Assembly: GCA_947476215.1 (NCBI GenBank)
Contig: CANJQI010000006.1
Span: 1-60,343, forward strand
Source of the DNA: Betaproteobacteria bacterium
Lineage (GTDB): Bacteria; Pseudomonadota; Gammaproteobacteria; Burkholderiales; SG8-41
Length of the DNA: 60,343 nucleotides
Reading direction: 5' to 3'
Part shown: piece after piece, positions 10,795 to 19,111 of the stretch
Layout of the letters: each line of letters opens with the position of its first letter
Position numbering within the stretch: position 1 is the stretch's first letter
Program-made: the position numbers and the translations under genes
The notes under the pieces: generated by a model
Told to the model about the DNA's origin: nothing
The model's database searches: none
The model's input: the letters and a program-made list of their open reading frames with translations, nothing else

Positions 10795-12267
10795 ATGAGA
10801 GAAATCAGGATCATGGATCAAACTCTGCGCGACGCGCACCAATGCCTGTGGGCGTCCCGCATGACCACCGCGATGATGCTTTCGGTCGCCGAGAAAATGG
10901 ACAGCATGGGTTTTGACGGGATCGATCTGATTGGTGGGAGCCATTTCGACGTCTGCGTCCGTTACCTCAAGGAAAACCCGTGGGAAAGAATACGGCTGAT
11001 GTGTGGCAAGGTCACGCGTACCCCGATGTACGGAATGGTGCGCAGCAGGCACCTCACGGGATTCGATATTGTCCCAAACGATTTGTTGCTGTTATGGACG
11101 GAGCGGCTCATCGCCAACGGCCTCAAGCGGTTCAGGGCGTTTGACGCATTAAATGACCTCGACGCCATCGTGCCTCTGCTGCTTCATGCAAAACAACTTG
11201 GCGCTTACACTATAGGCGCATTGGCGTACGGCCACAGCCCCGTGCATACCGATGAGCATTACATTCAAAAAACCAGGGAACTCATCGAACGCACGCACGT
11301 GGACGCGGTCATGCTCAAGGACGCGGGTGGACTGCTCACCCCGGACCGAATCCGCACCCTGGTTCCAGCACTAAAGAAGGTAATGGGTGGTTTACCCCTG
11401 GAACTTCACAGCCATTGCCTGACTGGTCTCGCGCCATTAGTGTATCTTGAGGGTGCACGACTCGGTGCCGACCAGCTGCATACCTCGATAGCCCCGCTTG
11501 CGAACGGCGCGGCGCAACCAGCGACCCAGACTATCGTGCGCAATTTGCGCGATATGGGCTATGCGGTCAACGTCAACGACCGACTGGTCGACGAGGTTGG
11601 CGATCACTTCCGCAAGGTTGCCGTGCAGGAAGGCAAACCGCTCGGCGTGCCCATGGAATATGACGCATTCCACTTTGAACATCAGGTGCCGGGGGGCATG
11701 CAGTCTCATTTCAAGGGCCAGCTCGCCCAGGCGGGACTCTCCCACAAGCTCGACGAAGTGTTGCACGAATGCGCGCGAATTCGGGGCGAACTCGGCTGGC
11801 CGATCATGATTACGCCGTTGTCACAACTCGTTGGAACGCAGGCGGTGTTCAATGTCGTACATGGGGAACGTTACCGAGTCATCCCGGATGAGGTGAAAAA
11901 ATACGTGCTCGGCTACTACGGCGCTCTGTTGGCGCCGGTGGAGCCCAACGTGCTCGATCGTATTCTTGCGAACGGCTCGCAGTCGATTCCATCCACCCCT
12001 ATACCGCCTGAGCCGGCGGTACCGGCGCTGCGCAGAAAGTACCCGAACATGAGCGACGAGGAGCGTTTGCTGCGGTATTCTTACGCGGGAACCCAGGTCG
12101 ACGAGATGCTCGCGGCCGGTCGCATGCAAACAGAATACCGCTTCGGAAATCCGGTGAGCCGCCTGATCCAGGAAATCGCAAAGCGCCCGAAGCTTGCTCG
12201 CGTTTATATACAGAAAAAAGACCTGCTGCTGGACTTGCGCAAGAAGCCACAGCCGGCAGTCGATTGA
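10795..12267 (+). CDS. Pyruvate carboxylase B / oxaloacetate decarboxylase alpha-like carboxyltransferase (no biotinyl domain)
   Basis: DQTLRDAHQ, ENPWERI, FDALND, LKDAGG, LHSH, HQVPGGM, ITPLSQLVGTQA; start moved to ATG 10795 after GAGGAG. Confidence 0.88.
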   Translation: MREIRIMDQTLRDAHQCLWASRMTTAMMLSVAEKMDSMGFDGIDLIGGSHFDVCVRYLKENPWERIRLMCGKVTRTPMYGMVRSRHLTGFDIVPNDLLLLWTERLIANGLKRFRAFDALNDLDAIVPLLLHAKQLGAYTIGALAYGHSPVHTDEHYIQKTRELIERTHVDAVMLKDAGGLLTPDRIRTLVPALKKVMGGLPLELHSHCLTGLAPLVYLEGARLGADQLHTSIAPLANGAAQPATQTIVRNLRDMGYAVNVNDRLVDEVGDHFRKVAVQEGKPLGVPMEYDAFHFEHQVPGGMQSHFKGQLAQAGLSHKLDEVLHECARIRGELGWPIMITPLSQLVGTQAVFNVVHGERYRVIPDEVKKYVLGYYGALLAPVEPNVLDRILANGSQSIPSTPIPPEPAVPALRRKYPNMSDEERLLRYSYAGTQVDEMLAAGRMQTEYRFGNPVSRLIQEIAKRPKLARVYIQKKDLLLDLRKKPQPAVD

Positions 12268-12322
12268 ATTCCGACTTTGCAGTTTACCCTTTGCGATGGC
12301 GCGGGACACAAGGAGATCACCA

Positions 12323-13300
12323 GTGAAAATTGGCAACAGCAGGTTACGCAGCCTTGCACATTCGGCCGTTTATCTGATTGCCGCGCTTTATTGGGCGGTT
12401 CCGTACGCCGGCGCACAGGGTTATCCGACCAAGCCCGTACGCCTGATCCTGTCATTCGCGGGCGGTACGGACATGGTTGGCCGCTGGCTTGCGCAGAATC
12501 TTTCGGGTAGCCTCGGCCAGCGGGTTGTACCCGATCCGCGTGTCGGCGCCGGCGGCAACATCGCACACGAAGCCACCGCCAAGTCGCCTCCGGATGGCTA
12601 CACCTTACTGATGGCGTCATCACCGATTGTGGTAAACCCGCACATGAACCCCAATGTTGGCTATGACCCGCTGCGCGATTTCGCGCCGGTCGCCCTGGTT
12701 GCATCGATTCCGAATGTGCTGGTCGTACACCCATCGGTGCCGGCCAGGACGCTGGGCGAACTGGTGCGAATCGCCCGCAGCAGCCCGGGCAAACTCACCC
12801 ACGGATCAGGAGGTATCGGATCAACCAATCACCTTGCCGCCGAATTGCTGAAATTGATGGCAAAGATCCAGATCCTGCACGTACCCTACAAAAGCGCCGT
12901 CATCGGCGCGACCACCGGCGAAGTCGACATTGTGATCCTCACCGCATCGAGCGTCGCGCCTATAGTCGCGGCGGGCCGGGTGCGGCCGTTGGCAGTACTC
13001 GATGCAAAACGTATCGCCTCGATGCCGACGGTACCCACTTCAGCTGAAGCGGGAATGACCGAGTTCACCGCAGTCAACTGGTACATGCTGCTTGCGCCCG
13101 CCGGCACGCCGCGCGATATTGTCGAACGGCTCAACGCCGATTCGGCGAAAGTCATGATGACTGCGGAAACGCGCGAACGCTTCGCAATCATGGGGGGTGA
13201 ACCAACTGCGAGGACACCCGAACAAACCGCCGAGTTCCTGCGCACGGAGTACACACGCTGGGGCAAGGTCGTCCGCGAAGCCGGCGTAAAGGCGGAGTAA
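12323..13300 (+). CDS. Bug/TctC tripartite tricarboxylate transporter substrate-binding protein
   Basis: YPTKPVRLI, GAGGNI, PPDGYTLL, YDPLRDFAPV, WGKVVREAGVKAE; GTG start after AAGGAG. Confidence 0.9.
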   Translation: MKIGNSRLRSLAHSAVYLIAALYWAVPYAGAQGYPTKPVRLILSFAGGTDMVGRWLAQNLSGSLGQRVVPDPRVGAGGNIAHEATAKSPPDGYTLLMASSPIVVNPHMNPNVGYDPLRDFAPVALVASIPNVLVVHPSVPARTLGELVRIARSSPGKLTHGSGGIGSTNHLAAELLKLMAKIQILHVPYKSAVIGATTGEVDIVILTASSVAPIVAAGRVRPLAVLDAKRIASMPTVPTSAEAGMTEFTAVNWYMLLAPAGTPRDIVERLNADSAKVMMTAETRERFAIMGGEPTARTPEQTAEFLRTEYTRWGKVVREAGVKAE

Positions 13301-13473
13301 GCGCGCCAGCCGGACTCGCGAATCGCACTGGCGCACATTCGTGCTGCAGGGTGGTATACAAGTCATGCAGTCCAATTCAGTTACTCCTGCTGTGATATGT
13401 CAATGCCGTATACGCTCACGACGCACATGACCAAGCGAGCCGTGTGACTTGCTCCCACACCGGCCATTGAACA

Positions 13474-14532
13474 ATGAATATTCAAATACAGCGATATGCC
13501 TTACTGGCGCTGACCGCAGCCGCGCTGTTCGGCGCCAGCACCCCGCTGGCGAAGTTGCTATTGCAGGGCGTATCTCCGCTAATGCTCGCCGGGCTGCTCT
13601 ATTTGGGCAGTGGTATCGGTTTGCTGATGATACGGCTGGTCAGTGGCTTGGTCACCCCGCGCAATCATGGCGAACCCGGCATACAACGCCGAGACTACCC
13701 GTGGCTCGCTGCCGCCGTTTTGCTGGGGGGCGTCTGCGCGCCCGTCCTGCTGATGTGGGGACTGAACGGATCGACTGCGGCAGGCGCCTCACTTCTCCTT
13801 AATCTTGAAGGCGTATTCACCGCATTGGTCGCCGCCGCCCTGTTCCGGGAAGCGGTGGGCCTTCGAGTCTGGCTGGCAACTTTCATCATGCTCGCCGGCG
13901 CGCTCCTGCTGTCTTACGACCCTGCGCTGGCCATGCGACTGTCGCCGCACTCGCTCGCAGTCGCGGCAGCGTGCTTGTTGTGGGCGTGCGACAACAACCT
14001 GACGCGCAAGATCTCCGCAAACGATCCCATGACCATAGCCATCGTTAAAGGAATGGTTGCAGGTGTTGTGAATATTGGGTTGGCTTGGGCGGTCGAACCG
14101 GCAACACCGGCCGCAACTGTAATCGCGGGTGCGATGCTGCTGGGACTATTCAGCTATGGCATCAGCCTCGTCATGTTTATTTACGCGCTACGCCATCTGG
14201 GAAGCGCACGAGCCAGCGCGCATTTCAGCACCGCGCCGTTCATGGGCGCCACCATTTCCATCCTGTTGCTGAATGATCCCGGGAGCATCGCGTTCGTCTT
14301 CGCCGTAATCCTAATGATATGCGCGACATGGCTGGTGTTGACCGAGCATCACCAGCATCAGCATACGCATTCCCAGATGGCCCACACTCACGGGCACAGC
14401 CACGATGAACACCATCAACACCCGCACGACGGCAGCGAAGGTGCCGAACCGCACGCTCATGCGCACACGCATTCGTCATTGACACACGCCCATCCGCATT
14501 TGCCGGACATACATCACCGGCATGAGCATTGA
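13474..14532 (+). CDS. EamA/DMT-family transporter with long His-rich C-terminal tail
   Basis: About 10 TM segments, LFGASTPLAKLL, DNNLTRKIS; roughly 60-aa HxH tail ending PDIHHRHEH. Confidence 0.88.
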   Translation: MNIQIQRYALLALTAAALFGASTPLAKLLLQGVSPLMLAGLLYLGSGIGLLMIRLVSGLVTPRNHGEPGIQRRDYPWLAAAVLLGGVCAPVLLMWGLNGSTAAGASLLLNLEGVFTALVAAALFREAVGLRVWLATFIMLAGALLLSYDPALAMRLSPHSLAVAAACLLWACDNNLTRKISANDPMTIAIVKGMVAGVVNIGLAWAVEPATPAATVIAGAMLLGLFSYGISLVMFIYALRHLGSARASAHFSTAPFMGATISILLLNDPGSIAFVFAVILMICATWLVLTEHHQHQHTHSQMAHTHGHSHDEHHQHPHDGSEGAEPHAHAHTHSSLTHAHPHLPDIHHRHEH

Positions 14533-14617
14533 TAAGCGCAGCGAATTGCGCCAAATGGGTTGGCGGCAAACGTCTCCATGCGGCGCAATGCTCTTTGGGT
14601 ATTGCGCCCTACGCTTG

Positions 14618-15376
14618 TTATCGCCCGCGTCGTGGCGCGACCATGGCCGTCGCGACAGCAAGCGCCGTCATCACCCAGACAATTGCGGGTCCCGACGGCC
14701 AGTCGGTCCACGCGGATACGGCCAGTCCTATTGCATATCCCGCGGCGCCAACAACATAGCCGGCGGCAATACGCCAGCGCGCGAAATGGCGCGTCGCGAG
14801 CGCCGGCACAATCAACGTGGTAAACACCAGATACAGACCCACCAGTTGCACCGACACCGTGACCGCGCATGCGAACAGCAGATAGAATCCGATGCGACCA
14901 AGGCGCTCGCCCATTGCAAACCAGATCGCGAGGATCGCCGCATAAGCGAGGGCGACCCACGGCAGGCGCGCCGGACTGACCCACAGTATCTGCCCGACCA
15001 GCAGCTCTTTCAGATGTTCGGCGCCGTGCGGATTGCTGGCGAGCAGGATCAATGCGCCGCTTGCGGCGAGTATGAACGTCACGCCGATCAGCGCCTCCTG
15101 TATTTCCGGCCAGCGCTTGTCGGTCCACGTCAGCAGGAGCGCACCGGCAACCGCCGCGGTTAATGCCGACAGCTGAACCGCCCAGCCCTGCGGCTCAAAT
15201 CCCAGCCAGTCCGCACAAATCACGCCCAGGCCCGCGATCTGCGCGATGGCGAGGTCGACAAACACGATGCCGCGATTCAGCACTTGCGTGCCCAGCGGCA
15301 CATGGGTCGCGGTCACCAGCAGGCCGGCAATCAGCGCCGGCCACAGGATGCTGATGTCGAGTAACGTTGAGTTCAT
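14618..15376 (-). CDS. Metal ABC transporter permease (ABC-3, ZnuB/MntB-like)
   Basis: THVPLGTQVLNRGIVFVDLAIAQIA, LLVGQILWV, LVFTTLIVPA, PSGPAIV. Confidence 0.88.
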   Translation of the reverse strand: MNSTLLDISILWPALIAGLLVTATHVPLGTQVLNRGIVFVDLAIAQIAGLGVICADWLGFEPQGWAVQLSALTAAVAGALLLTWTDKRWPEIQEALIGVTFILAASGALILLASNPHGAEHLKELLVGQILWVSPARLPWVALAYAAILAIWFAMGERLGRIGFYLLFACAVTVSVQLVGLYLVFTTLIVPALATRHFARWRIAAGYVVGAAGYAIGLAVSAWTDWPSGPAIVWVMTALAVATAMVAPRRGR

Positions 15377-16278
15377 TTAACAATCGCCAGCAAGCGTGCA
15401 ATCGTATCGTCGAACAAGCCAAACAGGTCTTTAGCCTTTTCGGTGCCGCCGACGGTGAATGGCAGCATGACCGCCGGAATTTTGGCCTGTTCGGAAAGCC
15501 ACTCGGCGGCACGCGGTTCGTTGTAGGCTGCCCGCACCACCGCCCGGGCCGGATTTTTTTGCAGTTGCGCCAGCAGACTGCTCAATTGTGCCGAGGTCGG
15601 CGGCAATCCGGGTTTAGGTTCCAGGGTACCCAGCAAGCGCAGGCCCAGCCAGTTTTCCAGGTAAGTCAGGTTCTTGTGATAGACAACAATGGGCACGCCT
15701 CTCAGCGGTGCAGCTTCTTTTTCCCAGCGCGCGATGGCCTGCTGCCATCGATCGAGAAACGACTTGCTGCGGGCGCGGTAGCCATCGGCTTCCGCCGCAT
15801 CGAGTTGCGTCATGCGTTCGGTGAGCGCGACCACAACCCGCGCGATATTTCGCGGGTCAAGCTGAATATGCGGGTTGCCACCGGGATGCACATCACCTTG
15901 CGCGCGATCCAGTCGCTCGGGGATTTCCAGCATCGAAACATATTGTGCAGCCTCGAAGTATCCAGGCCGCCCGCGCTGAATTTTCGGATTGCCGGATTGC
16001 GATTGCAGCAGCGGCATCCATCCCACTTCAAGTTCGGCGCCGGTACACACCACCAGATCAGCGCTGCGTGCGCGCGCGATCAAACTGGGGCGCGCTTCGA
16101 TGTGATGCGGATCCTGCAAGGCGGTCGTTGCAACGTAAACGTTTATCTTGTCGCCACCGAGTTCCCTGCTCAACGCGCCCCATTCGGGTTCACACGCCAG
16201 AATATTCAAAGCGGCCCATGCCGACTGCGTTGCAAGCGTGCCCGCAGCCAGCATTGTCCATACCAAAAATGTCTTCAT
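15373..16278 (-). CDS. Metal ABC substrate-binding protein (cluster A-I, ZnuA/TroA-like)
   Basis: Signal peptide, QDPHHIEARPS, GDVHPGGNPH, YHK, LEPKPGLPP; ATG 16278 after AAGGA. Confidence 0.9.
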   Translation of the reverse strand: MKTFLVWTMLAAGTLATQSAWAALNILACEPEWGALSRELGGDKINVYVATTALQDPHHIEARPSLIARARSADLVVCTGAELEVGWMPLLQSQSGNPKIQRGRPGYFEAAQYVSMLEIPERLDRAQGDVHPGGNPHIQLDPRNIARVVVALTERMTQLDAAEADGYRARSKSFLDRWQQAIARWEKEAAPLRGVPIVVYHKNLTYLENWLGLRLLGTLEPKPGLPPTSAQLSSLLAQLQKNPARAVVRAAYNEPRAAEWLSEQAKIPAVMLPFTVGGTEKAKDLFGLFDDTIARLLAIVK

Positions 16279-16304
16279 TTTCAAGTCCTTAAGGAATAAC
16301 ACGC

Positions 16305-17747
16305 TCAGAACTTGTGCGCGCCGTGCGCGCCCAGACTGTGAATGTACTGTATGAATACCTGATTGTCGGTAGCGCCCAGCCGCGACTTGTCGGACGCGAA
16401 TTGCAGGCGCATACGGCTGAATTCGCTCGGACTCCAGTCAAGCATCAGCGTGCTGCGCGTCGGGCTGTGATTGGCCAGCACCGGGAAATCAGCCGCAGTC
16501 GGCCCAAGTCCGTTCACCACGATGCCATTGCTAACCGTTCCATAGCGCAGCGCGTCATAGCGATAACCAACCCGCCATCCCGGATAAAACTTCCACACCC
16601 CCTGTGTGTACCAGCCGGACTGGTCGGTGCGCAAATAGTCGGTGAACGTCGAACCGAACTGCGGCGCAGTTTGCGCCGTGTCGTCGTAGGTCAGGGCACC
16701 GTCTTGTTTGAGGCGGAAGTATTCGCCTTGCAGCGTGAAGCTGTTGTGCTGGGCGTTGCCGTTCGGCGCCCACTTGAGCACGCCGTTCAGGCCGAGCGCC
16801 CTGGCAGTGCCGGTAAAGGTGTTGACGACTGCACCGCCCAGCGCGTCGGTGTCCGCATGTGTACGGGCAGCGGGCGAAGCGCGCAGGTGCGAGACGCCGA
16901 GCCGCCACGCGGTACTGGCGCCGATATCGCCGCCCATATTCATGAACACGGCGCTTCCGCCTATGCCGTTCTTGTTGCGATCGCTGCCCGGAAACGTGTC
17001 ACCGGCACTGAGTTCCGCGCCCAGTTCCACCAGCAAATCAGTTGGTGCAATCCACTTGAACTGGAGGCCGTCCTGCTTCAACTTATTGCCGAAAAAGGCT
17101 TTGTAGACCAATGGCGCGTCCTGAAAATCCCATGCATGCTGGTGCTGCTCGTTCTGGTAGCCGATGCCCGAGAAAAAGCGCCCGCCTTTCAGCCCGAAAC
17201 CGAATGGCAGCGACAGCGTCTGAAAATAGGCTTCCTCCGCCTCAATCCCACCTTCGGGAGCAACAGCCAGCACCGCCAGACCGCGAAAATAGTGATCGAT
17301 GTTTGCGCTGATCGCGACTTCGGTCTCGGCCAGTCCGAAACTTCGTTTGGGTGGTCCAACTTCACCGCCTGTCGGCACAAAACCCGTGATCTGATGCTGA
17401 TTCGGATCCTGGGAAGTCTTAGCCATGGTGCCCTGCAGTATCATCGACACAGCAGGATTAAATGCGCTCTCGGAAGACGGGCGTTTACCTGCCTCGACTG
17501 CCGCGGATTGGGCAGAGTCCGCTTTCTGCTCGGCTTTGGCAGCGACAGCCTCTGTTTTGCCTGCCTTGGCTTCAGCTTCGGAAAGGCGCTTTTCCAGCGC
17601 CTGGATGCGTTTTTCGTACGCCTCCCTGATCTGTTTTACTTCGTCGCGGATTTTGGCGATATCCGCGTCCTGCGCCTGCGCCTGCGCCGCAAGCGGCGTG
17701 GTAAATACGAATGCGATCGCCATGGCGATCAATTTGCGATGGAACAC
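16305..17747 (-). CDS. Outer-membrane beta-barrel with N-terminal coiled coil (putative metal-uptake porin)
   Basis: Signal peptide, coiled coil (IREAYEKRIQALEKRL), FNPAVS, EEAYFQT, NEQHQHAWDF, PSEFSRMRLQ, C-terminal LGAHGAHKF. Confidence 0.8.
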   Translation of the reverse strand: MFHRKLIAMAIAFVFTTPLAAQAQAQDADIAKIRDEVKQIREAYEKRIQALEKRLSEAEAKAGKTEAVAAKAEQKADSAQSAAVEAGKRPSSESAFNPAVSMILQGTMAKTSQDPNQHQITGFVPTGGEVGPPKRSFGLAETEVAISANIDHYFRGLAVLAVAPEGGIEAEEAYFQTLSLPFGFGLKGGRFFSGIGYQNEQHQHAWDFQDAPLVYKAFFGNKLKQDGLQFKWIAPTDLLVELGAELSAGDTFPGSDRNKNGIGGSAVFMNMGGDIGASTAWRLGVSHLRASPAARTHADTDALGGAVVNTFTGTARALGLNGVLKWAPNGNAQHNSFTLQGEYFRLKQDGALTYDDTAQTAPQFGSTFTDYLRTDQSGWYTQGVWKFYPGWRVGYRYDALRYGTVSNGIVVNGLGPTAADFPVLANHSPTRSTLMLDWSPSEFSRMRLQFASDKSRLGATDNQVFIQYIHSLGAHGAHKF

Positions 17748-17779
17748 AAGAATTCTCCTCTGACAACAATGGGACGAAC

Positions 17780-17798
17780 CAACCGTCAGCGACGGTTG
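17780..17798 (-). promoter_or_regulatory. Stem-loop between the RGPP leader ORF and the porin RBS
   Basis: CAACCGTC-3nt-GACGGTTG perfect 8-bp stem; outer ACAAC/GTTGT pairing (17805-17809 with 17763-17767) reaches next to the GAGGAG SD at 17760-17755. Confidence 0.55.
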
Positions 17799-17812
17799 AC
17801 CAAGTTGTGGCG

Positions 17813-18142
17813 TTAGAGAAGGATAGGCGGGCCGCGCGAGGCGGGAATGACAGGGCTGGAAGGGTATTGCCGCGTGAAGTGAACAGACGTTCGTTCTGCT
17901 GCAAAAACGGCAATGAGCGGCAGGTCTGCCGCAGAATTGACTATGCCCAGTACCTGGATAAATGCAGCATGAAAATCACACAGGTCGGATTGCGGCAGCG
18001 ATTTGCCGCCGCCAGTCTGGGACGACACACCCGACAACTGGCCATGCGCATGCTGCATTTGATGCATAACCGCGCCGTGCTGCGCGATCAGCAATAGTGC
18101 AGCAAGAATGATCTGTAGGTAGCTTCGCTTCATGAGCGTCAA
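17813..18142 (-). CDS. DUF2946/CruR/CutF-like leader protein with C-terminal RGPP arrest motif
   Basis: Signal-like N-terminus, HQMQHAH, CDFH (CxxH), C-terminal [10 protein letters not shown]; 65 nt upstream of the porin; start 18142 (TTG) or 18133 (ATG). Confidence 0.78.
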   Translation of the reverse strand: MTLMKRSYLQIILAALLLIAQHGAVMHQMQHAHGQLSGVSSQTGGGKSLPQSDLCDFHAAFIQVLGIVNSAADLPLIAVFAAERTSVHFTRQYPSSPVIPASRGPPILL

Positions 18143-18175
18143 AGAATCAGGCCCGAGGATCCAGTATGTGTGGGA

Positions 18176-18204
18176 AGATTACGCTACAAAAGCCGATTTT
18201 GCAA
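18176..18204 (-). promoter_or_regulatory. Sigma70-type promoter TTGCAA-N17-TAATCT for the leader-porin-ABC operon
   Basis: Near-consensus hexamers with exact 17-nt spacing. Confidence 0.55.
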
Positions 18205-18254
18205 AAACATGGCGGCTTCATGGGTACGTCGCACTACTCAGAGCCCATAACAAT

Positions 18255-18482
18255 ATGAAACCCCTCTTGCTGATTCTGATTCGGTACTATCAGATCTGTC
18301 TGAGCCCGTTCTTCGGCGGGCAGTGCCGCTTCTATCCGACCTGCTCCGTCTATGCCGCCGAAGCGGTTGACAGCCACGGCGCACTTAAAGGTTCGTGGCT
18401 TGCGATGCGTCGGCTGCTGCGCTGCCATCCGTGGCACCCGGGTGGAGTGGATCCCGTGCCGGAAAGAAAAGACGATCAATAG
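18255..18482 (+). CDS. yidD: Membrane protein insertion efficiency factor YidD
   Basis: [45 protein letters not shown]; ATG 18255. Confidence 0.93.
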   Translation: MKPLLLILIRYYQICLSPFFGGQCRFYPTCSVYAAEAVDSHGALKGSWLAMRRLLRCHPWHPGGVDPVPERKDDQ

Positions 18483-18510
18483 CTTTCTCAAACCTTGCGG
18501 CGCCTGGTGA

Positions 18511-19110
18511 TCAGCGAATCTCATCGGCTGATGGCTTGTGTCCCAGTACTGCCGCAAGTTCGGGATCGTAACAGCCATCGATAAGCACGTATAACATGCG
18601 CGCCACCTTACCGGAACGATTGCTCCATGCATGGTTGGTGCCACGTTGTATCACGACATCACCGGTCTTGAGCAGCACCTCCTGGTCGTCCAGCAGTAAC
18701 GTCATTTCACCTTCAAGCACCACGACATAATCGATGGACTCGCTGCGATGCATCATCGGGTGGCGCCCACCGCGTCCATAGGTGGAAGCTGTTTCATTTC
18801 CCATGGACTTGAAGAGTTCGCGCGATTTATCCGCAGGCAGATCGCGTATCGCGTCGGTTTCCGGCCCAATCTCGGCAATGCGTATTACTGTGCCCCCGGG
18901 CGCCGGACGTATCGTGCGCGGCCCCAATGTCGGTTCCGGTTCAGTCCTTGAAATCGGCACCGGCATGGCGGTCGTTTTCCAGGTCTCGGTCGACCGATGC
19001 CCGGGCCGCAGCGGATTGGCATGCAGCTTGGGCGCCAAACCGTCCGAGATGACTATGGATCTCCCCTGATCGTCATGGCCTGTGACGACCCGTCGGATGA
19101 ATCCCGTCAT
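18511..19110 (-). CDS. Cupin-domain protein
   Basis: IRRVVTGHD, PMMHRSESIDY, GDVVIQRGTNHAWSNRS. Confidence 0.88.
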   Translation of the reverse strand: MTGFIRRVVTGHDDQGRSIVISDGLAPKLHANPLRPGHRSTETWKTTAMPVPISRTEPEPTLGPRTIRPAPGGTVIRIAEIGPETDAIRDLPADKSRELFKSMGNETASTYGRGGRHPMMHRSESIDYVVVLEGEMTLLLDDQEVLLKTGDVVIQRGTNHAWSNRSGKVARMLYVLIDGCYDPELAAVLGHKPSADEIR

Positions 19111-19111
19111 G

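Noticed and set aside
16314-17816. Long antisense ORFs (500 aa here; also 47205-48443, 51908-52945, 34862-35953, 39441-40463)
   Set aside because: Shadow frames opposite well-supported genes, as expected in high-GC DNA
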